From NCBI GenBank assembly GCA_937899865.1, contig CALBRH010000054.1:14346-78345 (forward strand): 64,000 nucleotides of DNA, read 5' to 3'. A program made the position numbers and the translations under genes. Numbering within the stretch: the stretch's first letter is position 1; each line of letters starts with the position of its first letter. The notes under the pieces were generated by a model, which made no database searches, was not told where the DNA came from, and worked only from the letters and a program-made list of their open reading frames with translations. Shown here in pieces: positions 37,621 to 48,960 of this stretch. This stretch comes from an uncultured euryarchaeote. Lineage in GTDB: Archaea; Thermoplasmatota; Poseidoniia; Poseidoniales; Poseidoniaceae.

Positions 37621-39192
37621 TCACTCCTCTGGGATGTAGTACAATTCTACACTACCTGTTCCAAGGGAAATTGGTTGACCTACAATGATGTTTTCTGCAA
37701 CACCAGTAAGTTGGTCTCTCTCACCGATAATACCTGCTTTTAGCAAGTGGTTAACTGTAACTTCGAATGCAGCTCGTGCAAGGATACTGTGCTTTGTACC
37801 TGAAACACCGTGTCGCCCTATCGCTCTTACTTCACCTTCTGAAGTCATTACATCGGCAACTAATAACAAGTGTCTAACATCGACTTCAAGTCTCGCTCCA
37901 TCTAGAGTTGCTTGTAATTCGTTAATGATTGCTTGTCTAGCAGCTTCAATACCTAGATATTCGTAAATCTCAATAATGTTGTTAGTATATGTTCTACTTC
38001 GATCAATTGTTTCAATTTCACTTACTCTAGAAAGATTTGAACCGATTGTGGATAAATAATATTCACCAGTTTTGTCATCAAGTTGTACATTAGCTCTCTC
38101 GACATTAGGAATACCCTTTAATCTCAAATCTCTAATCTTCTCTTCAAGTTGTAAAAGCATAGTGTATGATGGCGGGTTTTCAGCAAGTTCTGCCAAATCT
38201 TCCTCTGCATGGACACCTGGAATCAAAGTTAACTTGGAAGGATTCTTTTCCTTGTCAGCCTGTACATATAATCTAGTTGCTTTTTCCAACTTGTCCTTAA
38301 CTTCTGCAGGAGTCATATTTTTCTGCTTCAAATTAGTCTTGTTTAATTTTAGAACAAGTCGTCTTTGTGCAACATCGGTCTCAAGGCTAGCAATGTTTAC
38401 AGTTGTAGTAACTTCGATTGCTGCAGCCAACTTTTGAGCTTCCTCTGCAGATTCTTTCTTATCCGGATGTAGTCTAATTGTCATAGTTGGAGTTTGTGGG
38501 ACTTTTCTAGCGTCAACAATTTCAATAATCCTTGGTAGACCTTGTGTTACGTTAACAGTTGCAACACCCGCATAGTGGAAAGTACGCATAGTCATCTGGG
38601 TTCCTGGCTCACCAATTGATTGAGCAGTAATGATTCCTGCTGCTTCATAAGGGTCGATACTTGCTCTCTTTAGAGCAAAAATTGCCTCTTGAACGACTTT
38701 CTTTGCTTGTGGCTTAGTTAATTTCTTTTTATCTCTTGCATGAATTGCCATTGTCAAATCATGTAAAATACGATTAGTAAATCTCCTTGAACCTGATTCT
38801 TCAACCGCAGCAACAATACTCTTGTAAACAGGATCATTAGATAATTCATCCTCAAGTCCAGTCAATTTTGCATCTACATTGTAAACATCGATGTCTGCTG
38901 TAGTTTTTACTCTTGAGCGTGCTCTTGACTTTTTACCAGTTCTACTTAGTCTAACTGAGGTAACTGGGCCAATTGCTTCATTATTTGCGAGTTTGTTTTT
39001 CTGATTTGCTCCATCAATAATACCTTTGATTTGAGTAGCAGTCTCTGAATCGGTTTCACAAATTTGAGCAATGTTTTCAGTAGGAAGAATCTTAACATCG
39101 TCCCACTTTCTATCATCTGCTAAGATATGAGCAAAGTTTTCTGCGATTCCTAAATCCATTAGCTTCTTCTTAGTTGCACTCTTAACTACCAT
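37621..39192 (-). CDS. rpoA2: DNA-directed RNA polymerase subunit A'' (Rpo1C) with N-terminal extension
   Basis: [57 protein letters not shown]. Confidence 0.97.
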   Translation of the reverse strand: MVVKSATKKKLMDLGIAENFAHILADDRKWDDVKILPTENIAQICETDSETATQIKGIIDGANQKNKLANNEAIGPVTSVRLSRTGKKSRARSRVKTTADIDVYNVDAKLTGLEDELSNDPVYKSIVAAVEESGSRRFTNRILHDLTMAIHARDKKKLTKPQAKKVVQEAIFALKRASIDPYEAAGIITAQSIGEPGTQMTMRTFHYAGVATVNVTQGLPRIIEIVDARKVPQTPTMTIRLHPDKKESAEEAQKLAAAIEVTTTVNIASLETDVAQRRLVLKLNKTNLKQKNMTPAEVKDKLEKATRLYVQADKEKNPSKLTLIPGVHAEEDLAELAENPPSYTMLLQLEEKIRDLRLKGIPNVERANVQLDDKTGEYYLSTIGSNLSRVSEIETIDRSRTYTNNIIEIYEYLGIEAARQAIINELQATLDGARLEVDVRHLLLVADVMTSEGEVRAIGRHGVSGTKHSILARAAFEVTVNHLLKAGIIGERDQLTGVAENIIVGQPISLGTGSVELYYIPEE

Positions 39193-42100
39193 CAGATTTC
39201 ACCTCCTTGTTCATCAGAACCTTCAAATTCCCAGCCACCCATGTCGTCTTCACTTTCTTGTCTTTCTCGAGAATCACGTTTGACAACTGTAGCACCTTCA
39301 GTACCCAATGCTTCATCAACAATTACATCGATATTGAATGGAGATCCGTGTACACCTCTGGAAGGGTCGATTCCGTCTTCACCATAACTAAATTGAATAA
39401 TTCTGTTTGCAGTGTTCCTAACTGAAAGCATTTCATCATCGTATACTTTCAAGTCATCCATAGCGTTAATTAGTCTTCTTTGCATATAACCGGACTTAGC
39501 AGTACGAACCGCTGTATCTACCAAAGACTCTCTTCCTGAGACTGATAGCATAAAGAACTCTGTTGGCTCAAGTCCACGCTTGAATGAGTTAGAGATGAAA
39601 CCTCTATCTAGAGCGCCACGACCTCCTCGCTTGAAGTGAGCTAATACTCTATCATGGTAACCTCTTTCCAATCTCTTACCACGAACCTTTGCTTGGCCTA
39701 TGGAACCAGCCATCATAGTTAGGTTATCCATCGAACCTCTAGCACCAGAAATCGCCATGTTAACTGCTGCGTTGGTCGAACCAGACTGATTTAGTTCATC
39801 TTTAGCAATGTCACCAGCCTTTTGCTTACCTTCATCAAGCATTACCATGATGTTTTCTTCCAAAGTCTCACGTGGAGTTCTACCTGGACGGGTCTCGTAT
39901 CCTTTACCATCCTTGCCAAAGGCTTCCAATTCATCCTCAACTAATTTTCTTGCATCAGCATTTGCTTTCTCAATTGCAGCTAATGATTCAGGAGATAGGT
40001 CCTCATCATCTATACCAGTGGTAAATCCTAATGCAGTACATGCTGCAATAGAGAGTTGAGTGAAATCATCAAGGAACTTAGCGCCCTTTTCAGGACCATT
40101 GGTTTGTACAATTGCGTCAAGTAACCTTCCGTCTTCAGCACCAATTGCTCTCTTGTCTAAAGTTCCATCAACACTACCGTCCTTGACAACAACATCATCA
40201 TTTGATCTACTTCTAAATCGAAGATGGATATTATCTGGAATAATTAGAGAAATAATATCTTGGCCTCTGAAACTATCTTTGCCATTCTCATCTTTGACAA
40301 TCTCAGGCAATAAACCAGTCCAACCAATATTTCCAAGCATCTCAAGTCCATGTTCTACTGAAATCAATGTTCCAGGCCTAGATAGTAGGTAAGCACCAGA
40401 AATGTGGTCATGAATACCACCAATTACCGCACCACCATATCTTGGAGTCAAAATATGTTCTTGCACTCGCATTAGAATCTTAGCTTCTGCTCTTGCTTCT
40501 TCTGACTGAATAACGTGAAGATTCATTTCATCGCCGTCAAAGTCAGCGTTATATGGAGTACATACTGCTAAATTGAATCTAAAAGTATGTCCTTGCATAA
40601 CTCTTACTTCGTGAACCATCATGGACATTCTGTGTAATGATGGTTGTCTATTGAAGATAGCAACATCACCATCAATTAAGTGCCTCTCAACTAGCATACC
40701 AGGCTTAGGATTACCATCTCGGTCGAAAGTTGACAGTCTGTCCTCAACAGAGGTTCTTTCGCCCCATTCATCAGCAGGACTGCCACAGTGAGGACAAGTA
40801 ATCTCCAAATGTTCTGGAATTGGATCTGAAGTAACTTTGTCAAGTTGCTCTAACTCCCACATCCATTTGTAATGCAGAATTGCTCTTGGGTCATCCTTTT
40901 CTAATGCATTTCCATTGATATCTTCTCCTCTAAGGTTAGCAACAGTTGAAGCAACATCAGCAACATAATTAGTTTCCTCAATACTTGGATCAGCAATAGA
41001 TCTGCTAATCTCCTTTTTGATTACCAATCCGGGTAAGAAGTTTGGAGCAGGCATTACTTTATTCAAGTCTGGTCTTAATGTGGTCTCATCTGTACATTCT
41101 GGATTATGACATCTAAAACCAGCATTGATAAATCTGCTTCTTGCATTAATTCGAACTCTTCTCTTGTCACCACGAATAATGTAGTTTACACCTGGGTGCA
41201 CATCAGGACCTCTAAGAATCATCTGTCGCATTTGCTCTCGATTCCTCATAGTTACTCGGATTGGAACTGTTAGTTCTCTAGCAATCTTTTCAGGGACCCC
41301 AACTTCATTGACACCAAGATATGGGTCAGGTGAAATTACTGATCTGGCACAGAAGTTTACACGCTTTCCTGATAGATTACTTCTAAATCTTCCTTCCTTA
41401 CCTTTCAATCTTTGAGTAAGTGTCTTCAAAGTTCTACCTGAACGGTGTCTTGCTGGTGGAATACCTGAAGTTTGATTATCAAAGTAAGTTGTTACGTGGT
41501 ATTGTAGCAATTCCCACAAGTCTTCAACAATAAGTTGAGGTGCACCAGAATCTCTGTTTTCTCTAAGCCTTTGATTGATACGAAGGACGTCAACTAACTT
41601 GTGAGTCAAATCGTCTTCTGAGCGATCACCGCTGTCTAGGGTAATAGATGGTCTAACAGTAATTGGTGGAACTGGTAAAACCTTCAAAACAGTCCATTCA
41701 GGTCTGTTTTGTGTATGCATACCAATAAAGATTAGATGTTCTAATGGAATACTGCTCAACCATTCTCTAACATCCCTAGGGTTAAGTTTTCTCTCCGTTT
41801 CCTTACCAGCACCTTGAGTCTCTAACTTTTCCTTGAATGTAGTTGGTTTGTCAAGTGTAATCTTACCTTGAGCCGCTCCACAGTGCATACAGACTTTTCT
41901 CTTAGCACCTGAAGTTACCTTCTCAATTTCTTTAATGATTTTTGAGAATTCTGTTGAACCTACACCGTGTTTCAAAATAATATCACGTACTCTTGTACGA
42001 TAGTAATCTTGTTCACTTAATTCAGGATTTGAAGGGTGAGTATTTTTCTCATCGTGCAACAAAATCTTGCTGCAAGAATTACAAGTTGCCTTTAGTGCGG

Positions 42101-42392
42101 TCTTGATAAGCCCAACAAAACCAATGTGAATTACTGGAAGTTCAAGTTGAATATGACCAAAATGCCCTGGGCTTTCATCATACTTGCAATTGTCAGTAGG
42201 ACAAACAAGTCCTGGCTCAATTACACCCATATGAGGGTCCATCAAACCTTGTCTATATGCATGACCATCATCCTTGTAAGTATCAGCAGTCTTAACTTCT
42301 ACAGCTGACATCTTTCTAATTTCATTAGGGTCCATAAGACCAAATCTAATACTAGCGATTCGCTTTGGTATAAGGGTTGTAACTCTGCTCAT
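39192..42392 (-). CDS. rpoA1: DNA-directed RNA polymerase subunit A' (Rpo1N)
   Basis: [26 protein letters not shown], catalytic [26 protein letters not shown]. Confidence 0.98.
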   Translation of the reverse strand: MSRVTTLIPKRIASIRFGLMDPNEIRKMSAVEVKTADTYKDDGHAYRQGLMDPHMGVIEPGLVCPTDNCKYDESPGHFGHIQLELPVIHIGFVGLIKTALKATCNSCSKILLHDEKNTHPSNPELSEQDYYRTRVRDIILKHGVGSTEFSKIIKEIEKVTSGAKRKVCMHCGAAQGKITLDKPTTFKEKLETQGAGKETERKLNPRDVREWLSSIPLEHLIFIGMHTQNRPEWTVLKVLPVPPITVRPSITLDSGDRSEDDLTHKLVDVLRINQRLRENRDSGAPQLIVEDLWELLQYHVTTYFDNQTSGIPPARHRSGRTLKTLTQRLKGKEGRFRSNLSGKRVNFCARSVISPDPYLGVNEVGVPEKIARELTVPIRVTMRNREQMRQMILRGPDVHPGVNYIIRGDKRRVRINARSRFINAGFRCHNPECTDETTLRPDLNKVMPAPNFLPGLVIKKEISRSIADPSIEETNYVADVASTVANLRGEDINGNALEKDDPRAILHYKWMWELEQLDKVTSDPIPEHLEITCPHCGSPADEWGERTSVEDRLSTFDRDGNPKPGMLVERHLIDGDVAIFNRQPSLHRMSMMVHEVRVMQGHTFRFNLAVCTPYNADFDGDEMNLHVIQSEEARAEAKILMRVQEHILTPRYGGAVIGGIHDHISGAYLLSRPGTLISVEHGLEMLGNIGWTGLLPEIVKDENGKDSFRGQDIISLIIPDNIHLRFRSRSNDDVVVKDGSVDGTLDKRAIGAEDGRLLDAIVQTNGPEKGAKFLDDFTQLSIAACTALGFTTGIDDEDLSPESLAAIEKANADARKLVEDELEAFGKDGKGYETRPGRTPRETLEENIMVMLDEGKQKAGDIAKDELNQSGSTNAAVNMAISGARGSMDNLTMMAGSIGQAKVRGKRLERGYHDRVLAHFKRGGRGALDRGFISNSFKRGLEPTEFFMLSVSGRESLVDTAVRTAKSGYMQRRLINAMDDLKVYDDEMLSVRNTANRIIQFSYGEDGIDPSRGVHGSPFNIDVIVDEALGTEGATVVKRDSRERQESEDDMGGWEFEGSDEQGGEI

Positions 42393-45300
42393 CTTCGATC
42401 CTCCAGTTCTAATCTCATGGCCACACCTAAACTCTTCATCTCATCTAACAACAACTTGAATGCATAAGATGTTTGCACCTTGTAAACTTCAGCGCCATCT
42501 CCATGAATCGGACTTACATATGTTCGACGCTTTGGATCATACCAAGCAAGATGCCCAGATTGGGCACAGACATACATGTCGATACCATCGGATTCATCCA
42601 GCAATCTGTCTTTAATGACCATTGATGCACCGTGAGCAATCAAACAGTCACGTTCCATCTCACCAAACCTCAGTCCACCTTGTCGGGCACGACCTTCGGT
42701 TGGTTGACGTGTCAAAATTTGAACACGTCCTCTTGAACGGGCATGTATCTTTGAACTTACCAAGTGATGTAATCTTTGGTAGTAAATACATCCAATGAAA
42801 ATCTCTGCTGGATATGCTTGTCCAGTTTCACCATTAATCATAGTTTCACGTCCAGAGTGAGCGAATCCATTTCGAATTAGACCATCTCTTAGACTTCCTT
42901 CCTTCTCTCCTCTAAATGCAGTACCGTCGATTCTTCTACCTTCGAGTGAACCTACTTTACCACCAATCATTTCCAAAACGTGAGCAACTGTCATTCGTGA
43001 TGGAATAGCGTGTGGATTGATGATTAAATCTGGTACAACCCCTTCAGCAGTAAATGGCATATCCTCAGGGTCTACTAATCTTCCAATTACACCCTTTTGT
43101 CCGTGTCGTGAAGCAAACTTATCGCCAACTTCTGGGACCTTATGACTTCTAACCATGACTCTAACCATGCGCCCAGAGTCTAGAGATTCAGTGACATATA
43201 CATTGTCGACCCATCCTTTCTCTCCGTGTCTTACAAGCATTGAGGATTCTCTTCTTTCTTGAGCCATCAAGAACGCTCCACCAGATGATTCTTCCAAGAA
43301 TCTAGGTGGACTTGTCTTACCAACTAGAACATCTCCACCTTCAAGTTCTTTCTCAGGCAGAGGTAATCCATCTGCTTCAAGATGGAGATATGACTCATCG
43401 GGCTTCAATCCCTTTACTTCTTGTAGGGAAGAACCTGGCTTCTCGATTTCTTCAACTTGACCACCTGGGAATCTTCGACGTTCTGCATTGTAAGTCCTCA
43501 TGAAAGTAGAACGACCAAGTCCAAGATCTATTGAACCTCGATTCATGATTACTGCGTCTTGCATATTGTATCCATGTAGAGACATAATTGCAACTATGAA
43601 ATTTTGACCTCCAGGTCTTTCATCAAAGTTTGTGGTTTCCATTGCTCTTGTACGAGTAATGGATCTTTGAGGATAGTGTAGAATATGAGCTCTTGTGTCT
43701 GGTCTTAGACGATAGTTGGATGATGGTAGACCAAGAGATTGCTTAACCATTGCAGTTCCACCAGTAACACGAGGTGTTGAGTTGTGTTCTGGGTAAGGAA
43801 TTAGCGAAGCACAGACACCAAGTACTAATTGCGGATCAATTTCACAGTGAGTATGCTCTGTAGTATATTCCAAAGGTACTGAAATACTTGCAACTTCCCA
43901 ATCATTGTTTGGCATTCTAATTTTAGCCTTCAGTTTAGCAGTTGTTGCGCCTGGCTCTCCCAAGTTAGTCCATTCTACACTTTCATTACTAATTGGTCTA
44001 CCAGCATACTTTCCTTTAGGAATTGTAGCAGGTAAAACGAAAGGTTTTGGAGCGATGTAAAGGTCTTCTTCTTCTTCAGCATCCACCCACTCAACAATCC
44101 CTTCATTTACTAGATCCTTAAAGGTCATCTCCCCAGATGACAGTTTTTGCAAATGTTCTGATTCAAGTCTAGGTGCACCATCGTATAGAATCAATAATGG
44201 ACGTAGAATTCGACCTTTATCGGTATTGATGAAAATATCACGATTTTCACTATCGTATCGGATAGAAACTTCGGAAGGAATTGCTCCACGTCGTCGAGCA
44301 GATTTGAAGTGCCTAACTAGATTTGTTCCACGCTTATGGATACCATAAATATCACCATTAACGTGGATTCTGTCACCATCGCTCCAATCCTCCGGCTGAT
44401 ATACATCTAGTTCATCTAATTGGTTTCTAACATCTTGCTCACTGATGTATTCTGAAACATCAATCATTTGAGCAGCATTCTTTACTAGACCACAGTTTTG
44501 TCCTTCAGGTGTTTCGTTAGGGCATAGTCTCCCCCAATGAGTAGGGTGAAGGTCACGTGCCTCGAAGTGAGGTTGGCTTCTAACAAGAGGAGAAGTTACT
44601 CTTCTCATATGAGACAGCGCTGCTAAATATGTGGTTCTATCTAATAACTGGCTTACGCCAGAACGACCACCAACCCAATTTCCAGTTGCTAATGCATGCA
44701 TAATCTTGGAGGTTAGAACATCAGGCCTCAGACAGGAAGTTATTCTCAACTCTCTCTTTCTATTGTGATGTCTCTCAAGTTGGTACTTTAGATCTCTAGC
44801 TAGTTGGTTTGATGAGACTCTAAACAAATCTTCAATCAAATCACCAGCAAGCCTAACTCTCTTGTTTGCGTAGTGGTCTTTGTCATTTGGCTGCTTGGAA
44901 TGCATTGCCATTTCTAGAACTTGCCTAACAATTCTACCAAGGAAAACTGCCTTCTTCTTTCGATCAGTTCCTTGATCGCCAAGGTGAGGTAATAATTCTC
45001 TGTCCAGCAATTGATCGACTCTTGCCTCACGGTAATCTTTTTGTTGACCAGCAGCAAATTTCTTTTGCAACCATTCGTGGGCTTCAAGCATATTTTGAAC
45101 TGCATATTCTTCATTGTCATTTACTTCGTTGATGTTTGCAACGATATACTTGAAAGTCTCTGTTGGACCTGCAATAGCAGTAAAGATTTCTTGGTCATTA
45201 TCAATGCCAAGAGCACGCATTAGAAGAACTACTGGAATTGGAGTTGTTCCTGCAGTACTAATCTTAACCATCAACATTCCATCTCTTCTCTTCTCAACAG

Positions 45301-45997
45301 TTAGAGGTTTTCTCATACCGTCTTTTTGTGAGAAAATCTTTGCAACCTCTGTTTGCTTTGCATATCTGTTGTTAATCTCAACAGTTACTCTGTTCGGAGC
45401 TAGATCTTCAGTTGAAATTAGTACTCTTTCTGTACCATTGATGATAAAATAGCCACCAGGGTCTAGTGGGTCCTCGCCTTTTGTCTTGAGGAGTTGTTTC
45501 CACAAATCTGAATCCTCATTGGAGGTCGTAGGATATAATTGTCTATCACCTGCTATGTGCGCAGGATGTAAGTTGCATCTCTTTGAACGTACCATAATTG
45601 GCATGCTTCCGACTTGAACTCCCTCTTCCTTTGGAGATGGTATTCCGTTTCTAACGATTTGGAAATCAATAGTTACTGGAGACATATATGTTAATTTTCT
45701 CAATCTACATTCCATAGGTGTTGAAGGGTGCTCAGAACCATTTGCTTCTCTAATGGTTGGCTCTCCAAGTTGAATATTCTTTAGTCGAATAACAATATCT
45801 TGGTCAACAACGTCGAGTTTGATGAAACCACCTTCATCGTCCTCTACTTCTCCATCTATTCCTACACGAATGTTACGAATTATCTTCTCCATACGAGACA
45901 ACATATTGTCTCCAGCAGGTATACAGTCATCATAAGATGCAATTTGGTGATTTACTAAACTTCTTTCCTTGAAAAATGATTGAATTATTTCTTGCAT
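42389..45997 (-). CDS. rpoB: DNA-directed RNA polymerase subunit B (Rpo2, unsplit)
   Basis: GYFIINGTERV, ETPEGQNCGL, GDKFASRHGQKG, NPHAIPSRMT, GGLRFGEMERD. Confidence 0.98.
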   Translation of the reverse strand: MQEIIQSFFKERSLVNHQIASYDDCIPAGDNMLSRMEKIIRNIRVGIDGEVEDDEGGFIKLDVVDQDIVIRLKNIQLGEPTIREANGSEHPSTPMECRLRKLTYMSPVTIDFQIVRNGIPSPKEEGVQVGSMPIMVRSKRCNLHPAHIAGDRQLYPTTSNEDSDLWKQLLKTKGEDPLDPGGYFIINGTERVLISTEDLAPNRVTVEINNRYAKQTEVAKIFSQKDGMRKPLTVEKRRDGMLMVKISTAGTTPIPVVLLMRALGIDNDQEIFTAIAGPTETFKYIVANINEVNDNEEYAVQNMLEAHEWLQKKFAAGQQKDYREARVDQLLDRELLPHLGDQGTDRKKKAVFLGRIVRQVLEMAMHSKQPNDKDHYANKRVRLAGDLIEDLFRVSSNQLARDLKYQLERHHNRKRELRITSCLRPDVLTSKIMHALATGNWVGGRSGVSQLLDRTTYLAALSHMRRVTSPLVRSQPHFEARDLHPTHWGRLCPNETPEGQNCGLVKNAAQMIDVSEYISEQDVRNQLDELDVYQPEDWSDGDRIHVNGDIYGIHKRGTNLVRHFKSARRRGAIPSEVSIRYDSENRDIFINTDKGRILRPLLILYDGAPRLESEHLQKLSSGEMTFKDLVNEGIVEWVDAEEEEDLYIAPKPFVLPATIPKGKYAGRPISNESVEWTNLGEPGATTAKLKAKIRMPNNDWEVASISVPLEYTTEHTHCEIDPQLVLGVCASLIPYPEHNSTPRVTGGTAMVKQSLGLPSSNYRLRPDTRAHILHYPQRSITRTRAMETTNFDERPGGQNFIVAIMSLHGYNMQDAVIMNRGSIDLGLGRSTFMRTYNAERRRFPGGQVEEIEKPGSSLQEVKGLKPDESYLHLEADGLPLPEKELEGGDVLVGKTSPPRFLEESSGGAFLMAQERRESSMLVRHGEKGWVDNVYVTESLDSGRMVRVMVRSHKVPEVGDKFASRHGQKGVIGRLVDPEDMPFTAEGVVPDLIINPHAIPSRMTVAHVLEMIGGKVGSLEGRRIDGTAFRGEKEGSLRDGLIRNGFAHSGRETMINGETGQAYPAEIFIGCIYYQRLHHLVSSKIHARSRGRVQILTRQPTEGRARQGGLRFGEMERDCLIAHGASMVIKDRLLDESDGIDMYVCAQSGHLAWYDPKRRTYVSPIHGDGAEVYKVQTSYAFKLLLDEMKSLGVAMRLELEDRR

Positions 45998-46008
45998 TTT
46001 GATCCCTC

Positions 46009-46659
46009 TCAGTTACCCTCTACTATTAGCCTGTAAGCAACCGTCTTACCCGCTGACGGTGAGCGTCTAACTACCTTGACAACCCTGTCAGCAATCCATC
46101 CTGCTGCTAGAGGTTTGTGTTCAGGATCTGCTGCCAATTTGGCGTTGTCAATTGCTTCTGCTTGTTCCTTCAATACTTGAACTACGGGGTCTGTAATCAG
46201 TATTTTAGGTAACAATTCTTTAGCAATCCTTTGTTCTCCTGTCTCTTCATCTAACTCTAGCATTTGCCAGGGTGCCAACTCGGCATTCTCGATTTCAAAT
46301 TGTTCTTCTTCGCTGATATTTGCATCTCCAACCAATTCCTGATGAGGAACTAATTCATGGTTTAATGCATTAAATCTAAGTGTGATTTCAGGTCTGTCAA
46401 AGTCATCTATTGCTCTTGACCTAATGGTAATTTTCTTGCTTTTCTTTTGAGCTCTTCTTCTCGAGCCTTGTTCGGCGATTACCGCCATAACATTAGTGAA
46501 TGCTTCAGAATCCTTGGATGTACCCAAAATTGAGGCAATTTCATCATGAGATAGAGTTTTGATATCTGTCATGTTTCTGTCCGTTGCCAATTTATGAGCA
46601 AATTCTTCGGACACACCTAATTCCATTAATCGCTTTTTTGTTGCGCTTTTAACTACCAT
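46009..46659 (-). CDS. rpoH: DNA-directed RNA polymerase subunit H (Rpo5) with N-terminal extension
   Basis: HELVPHQE, LPKILITDPV, VVKVVRRSPSAGKTVAYRLI; first gene of the RNAP operon. Confidence 0.92.
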   Translation of the reverse strand: MVVKSATKKRLMELGVSEEFAHKLATDRNMTDIKTLSHDEIASILGTSKDSEAFTNVMAVIAEQGSRRRAQKKSKKITIRSRAIDDFDRPEITLRFNALNHELVPHQELVGDANISEEEQFEIENAELAPWQMLELDEETGEQRIAKELLPKILITDPVVQVLKEQAEAIDNAKLAADPEHKPLAAGWIADRVVKVVRRSPSAGKTVAYRLIVEGN

Positions 46660-46709
46660 TTTAGACCCCTCAAAAAACCCGCAACAGGCTAGACCGGCAG
46701 CGAATCAGG

Positions 46710-46783
46710 CGGGCCCGACGGGGTTCGAACCCGCGACCGTCCGGTTAAAAGCCGGATGCTCTACCTGACTGAGCTACAGGCCC
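46710..46783 (-). tRNA. tRNA-Lys(TTT), CCA not encoded
   Basis: Reverse complement GGGCCTGTAGCTCAG...CCGG-CTTTTAA-CCGG...GGTTCGAACC...GGGCCCG. Confidence 0.96.
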
Positions 46784-46919
46784 AACGTAGCAACTTGGGC
46801 TTAACAGCCGACTTGCCCTGCGTTCATATAATTTACGGCATGGGGAACCCAGCCTCGCAATAGCGAAGCGCTTCCAAAATCCGCCTTTTTGAGCGTCCTG
46901 AGGATATTAGCCGCTGGGC

Positions 46920-48431
46920 ATGGTAATGAATAAAGGCTTCGCATGGAACAAAACATCTGTGAGCGGGCCAATTTTTACCGATGATTCTGTTGCCCGGGAA
47001 CTCGAATTGATAGATAAAGATACCAAATTTTACGAATGGAAATCTCCGACTGGAGAACTTCTTTCAGTTGAATTACCGCACACAGTTTATCCGCCTAAAG
47101 AAGATACAACTTTTATGGCTGAAAATTTAGTAAGACTAGGACCTGGAAAAGGTCGCAAATGCCTAGAGATCGGAGTTGGCAGCGGAGTATTATCGCTACT
47201 TTGTCACCGCCAGGGATGGAAAGTTTCTGCATGTGATATCAATCCTTATTCAGTAGTTGCTGCTAAACGACTCTTTTCTCTAAATTCAGCTTCAGATATC
47301 GAAGTCAAAGAAGGCGGCCCGGGCCCGAAAGAAGATGGTGAATCAATACAATGGGCGACGAAGAAAAATTTTGAACTAATTTTCTGGAATATGCCTTACA
47401 TTACTCCAACATTAAATGATGAAAGTCATTTAGGCCCTTTGGAAGATGCTGCTTTGATAGATACCTCAACTACCAGTTTAATTTCCATCACTCTTGCTAA
47501 AATAAAATTATCAAATCTACTTGCTAACTCTGGCATCGGTTTGTTTACTGTTGGAGAAAAGTTTACTCAAGATTATCTTGAAGACATTTGTTCAAAAAAT
47601 GGATTTTCCTGTAGAATTATCAACCAGTTGCATTTTGATGATGGAGAATGTTTGAGAGTTATTGCTTTTTGGCACCCATATTCGAAAACTCCACCAATTC
47701 ACAAAGAGGTAGTTGGCTCGACAAACAGTGAATTATTGACAAATGATTGGCCAGTTGGCAGTTCTTTGTCTACCGATCTTCAAACAAAAGGCCGAGGAAG
47801 ATACGATAGAAAATGGATTAATTCTTCTGAATTGATGGCTTGTTCTTGGAAAATTGAAAAGCCAATTGAGATGTCTCCTGCAATATTGCAAATTATCTGC
47901 GGACACCTAGTTAAGCAATCACTTCAATCTATTGACGATTTTAGTAATGATTCACAATTAATTCTAAAATGGCCAAACGATCTAATTATACTAAAGGGAG
48001 AAAAATTTGGCAAGGTTTCAGGAATTCTTGTAGAATCTGTATCGAAGGGCAAAATAACACATACTGTTGTAGGGATTGGCATAAACATCTCAAACAATTC
48101 TGCCGTACAAAATGAAAATTTCCCAATAGCATATACTAATTGGTTTTCAAGTTCAGCAACTGCTGAATATTTGCAAAAACAAATCCACTGTAGGATTGCT
48201 GGTTTGTTTGAATCGGTTGAAGGAATACCTAATACTAATTTTGATTATGTAAAAAGTATGGCACTAACAACCATAAAAGAGGGTTTCATATCTTGCAAGA
48301 GTATTTTCTATAGAAATAGTAAAGTGACTTTTGTAAATGTAAATGATGATGGAACTGTATCACTAAAGCATGAAGACGGCACTCAAATATCTTGTGATGA
48401 AGGTGAACATCTAGATTGGTTATTCCTTTGA
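46920..48431 (+). CDS. Fusion of a HemK/PrmC-like SAM methyltransferase and a biotin--protein ligase
   Basis: N-half VYPPKEDT, LEIGVGSG, WNMPY; C-half STN, QTKGRGR...KW, KWPND, KVSGILVE, GIGIN. Confidence 0.85.
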   Translation: MVMNKGFAWNKTSVSGPIFTDDSVARELELIDKDTKFYEWKSPTGELLSVELPHTVYPPKEDTTFMAENLVRLGPGKGRKCLEIGVGSGVLSLLCHRQGWKVSACDINPYSVVAAKRLFSLNSASDIEVKEGGPGPKEDGESIQWATKKNFELIFWNMPYITPTLNDESHLGPLEDAALIDTSTTSLISITLAKIKLSNLLANSGIGLFTVGEKFTQDYLEDICSKNGFSCRIINQLHFDDGECLRVIAFWHPYSKTPPIHKEVVGSTNSELLTNDWPVGSSLSTDLQTKGRGRYDRKWINSSELMACSWKIEKPIEMSPAILQIICGHLVKQSLQSIDDFSNDSQLILKWPNDLIILKGEKFGKVSGILVESVSKGKITHTVVGIGINISNNSAVQNENFPIAYTNWFSSSATAEYLQKQIHCRIAGLFESVEGIPNTNFDYVKSMALTTIKEGFISCKSIFYRNSKVTFVNVNDDGTVSLKHEDGTQISCDEGEHLDWLFL

Positions 48432-48923
48432 TTCTAATTCTGCATCAATTGATTCAACATCCATTTCATTGCGACGCTTTTGGAGACCAAATAGCAGAAT
48501 TGCAGCACCTATTGGATAAATTATGAAATCAAGCATCAAGGTTCTATTGATGTCAACATCTGCTTCAACAGAACCACTACTAATGGTAATTTCAACAGAG
48601 TACTTATCGTATTCTTTAGAAGTGAATGTCGGTGCTGAATAATCTTCACCAGAGGATAATTGAAAATCTATTTGCTCAATTTCAACTGAGTCTTGAAAAA
48701 TTACAATCTTACCTTCAGAATCTGTAATTGATTCAAGATCTATAGTTAATTTATCTCCGTTCAACAAATGTGCTGTTTTTAGATAGGTTTGATTTTCTTC
48801 ATCATCTAATTCAATATTTCCAACCCATCCATGAATTATAAATCCAGCACACAAGATACCTATGCCTACAAGTATCAATACGTCACTGAACTTCATAGCA
48901 TCAGCGGAACCGCCAGCCCCCAT
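48420..48923 (-). CDS. Hypothetical membrane protein
   Basis: TM helix, beta-rich domain, TM helix. ATG 48923 avoids overlap with the Pop5 gene. Confidence 0.65.
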   Translation of the reverse strand: MGAGGSADAMKFSDVLILVGIGILCAGFIIHGWVGNIELDDEENQTYLKTAHLLNGDKLTIDLESITDSEGKIVIFQDSVEIEQIDFQLSSGEDYSAPTFTSKEYDKYSVEITISSGSVEADVDINRTLMLDFIIYPIGAAILLFGLQKRRNEMDVESIDAELESKE

Positions 48924-48960
48924 GTGTTGGACTCGCAGACTCCTGCAAATGAATCCTTCC

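Noticed and set aside
40710-41140. Intein in rpoA1
   Set aside because: No N-terminal Cys/Ser splice block, no terminal HN followed by C/S/T, and no LAGLIDADG motif; the insert looks like a zinc-binding domain.
37685-45452. Multiple 60-120 aa plus-strand ORFs within the RNAP genes, and similar shadow ORFs elsewhere in the window
   Set aside because: These are antisense or alternative-frame shadows of long conserved genes, with no recognisable motifs.
46784-46919. GC-richer intergenic stretch as a possible ncRNA
   Set aside because: I found no convincing long stem or known RNA motif. It is adequately explained as the divergent promoter and tRNA leader, with a TATA-like element near 46825.
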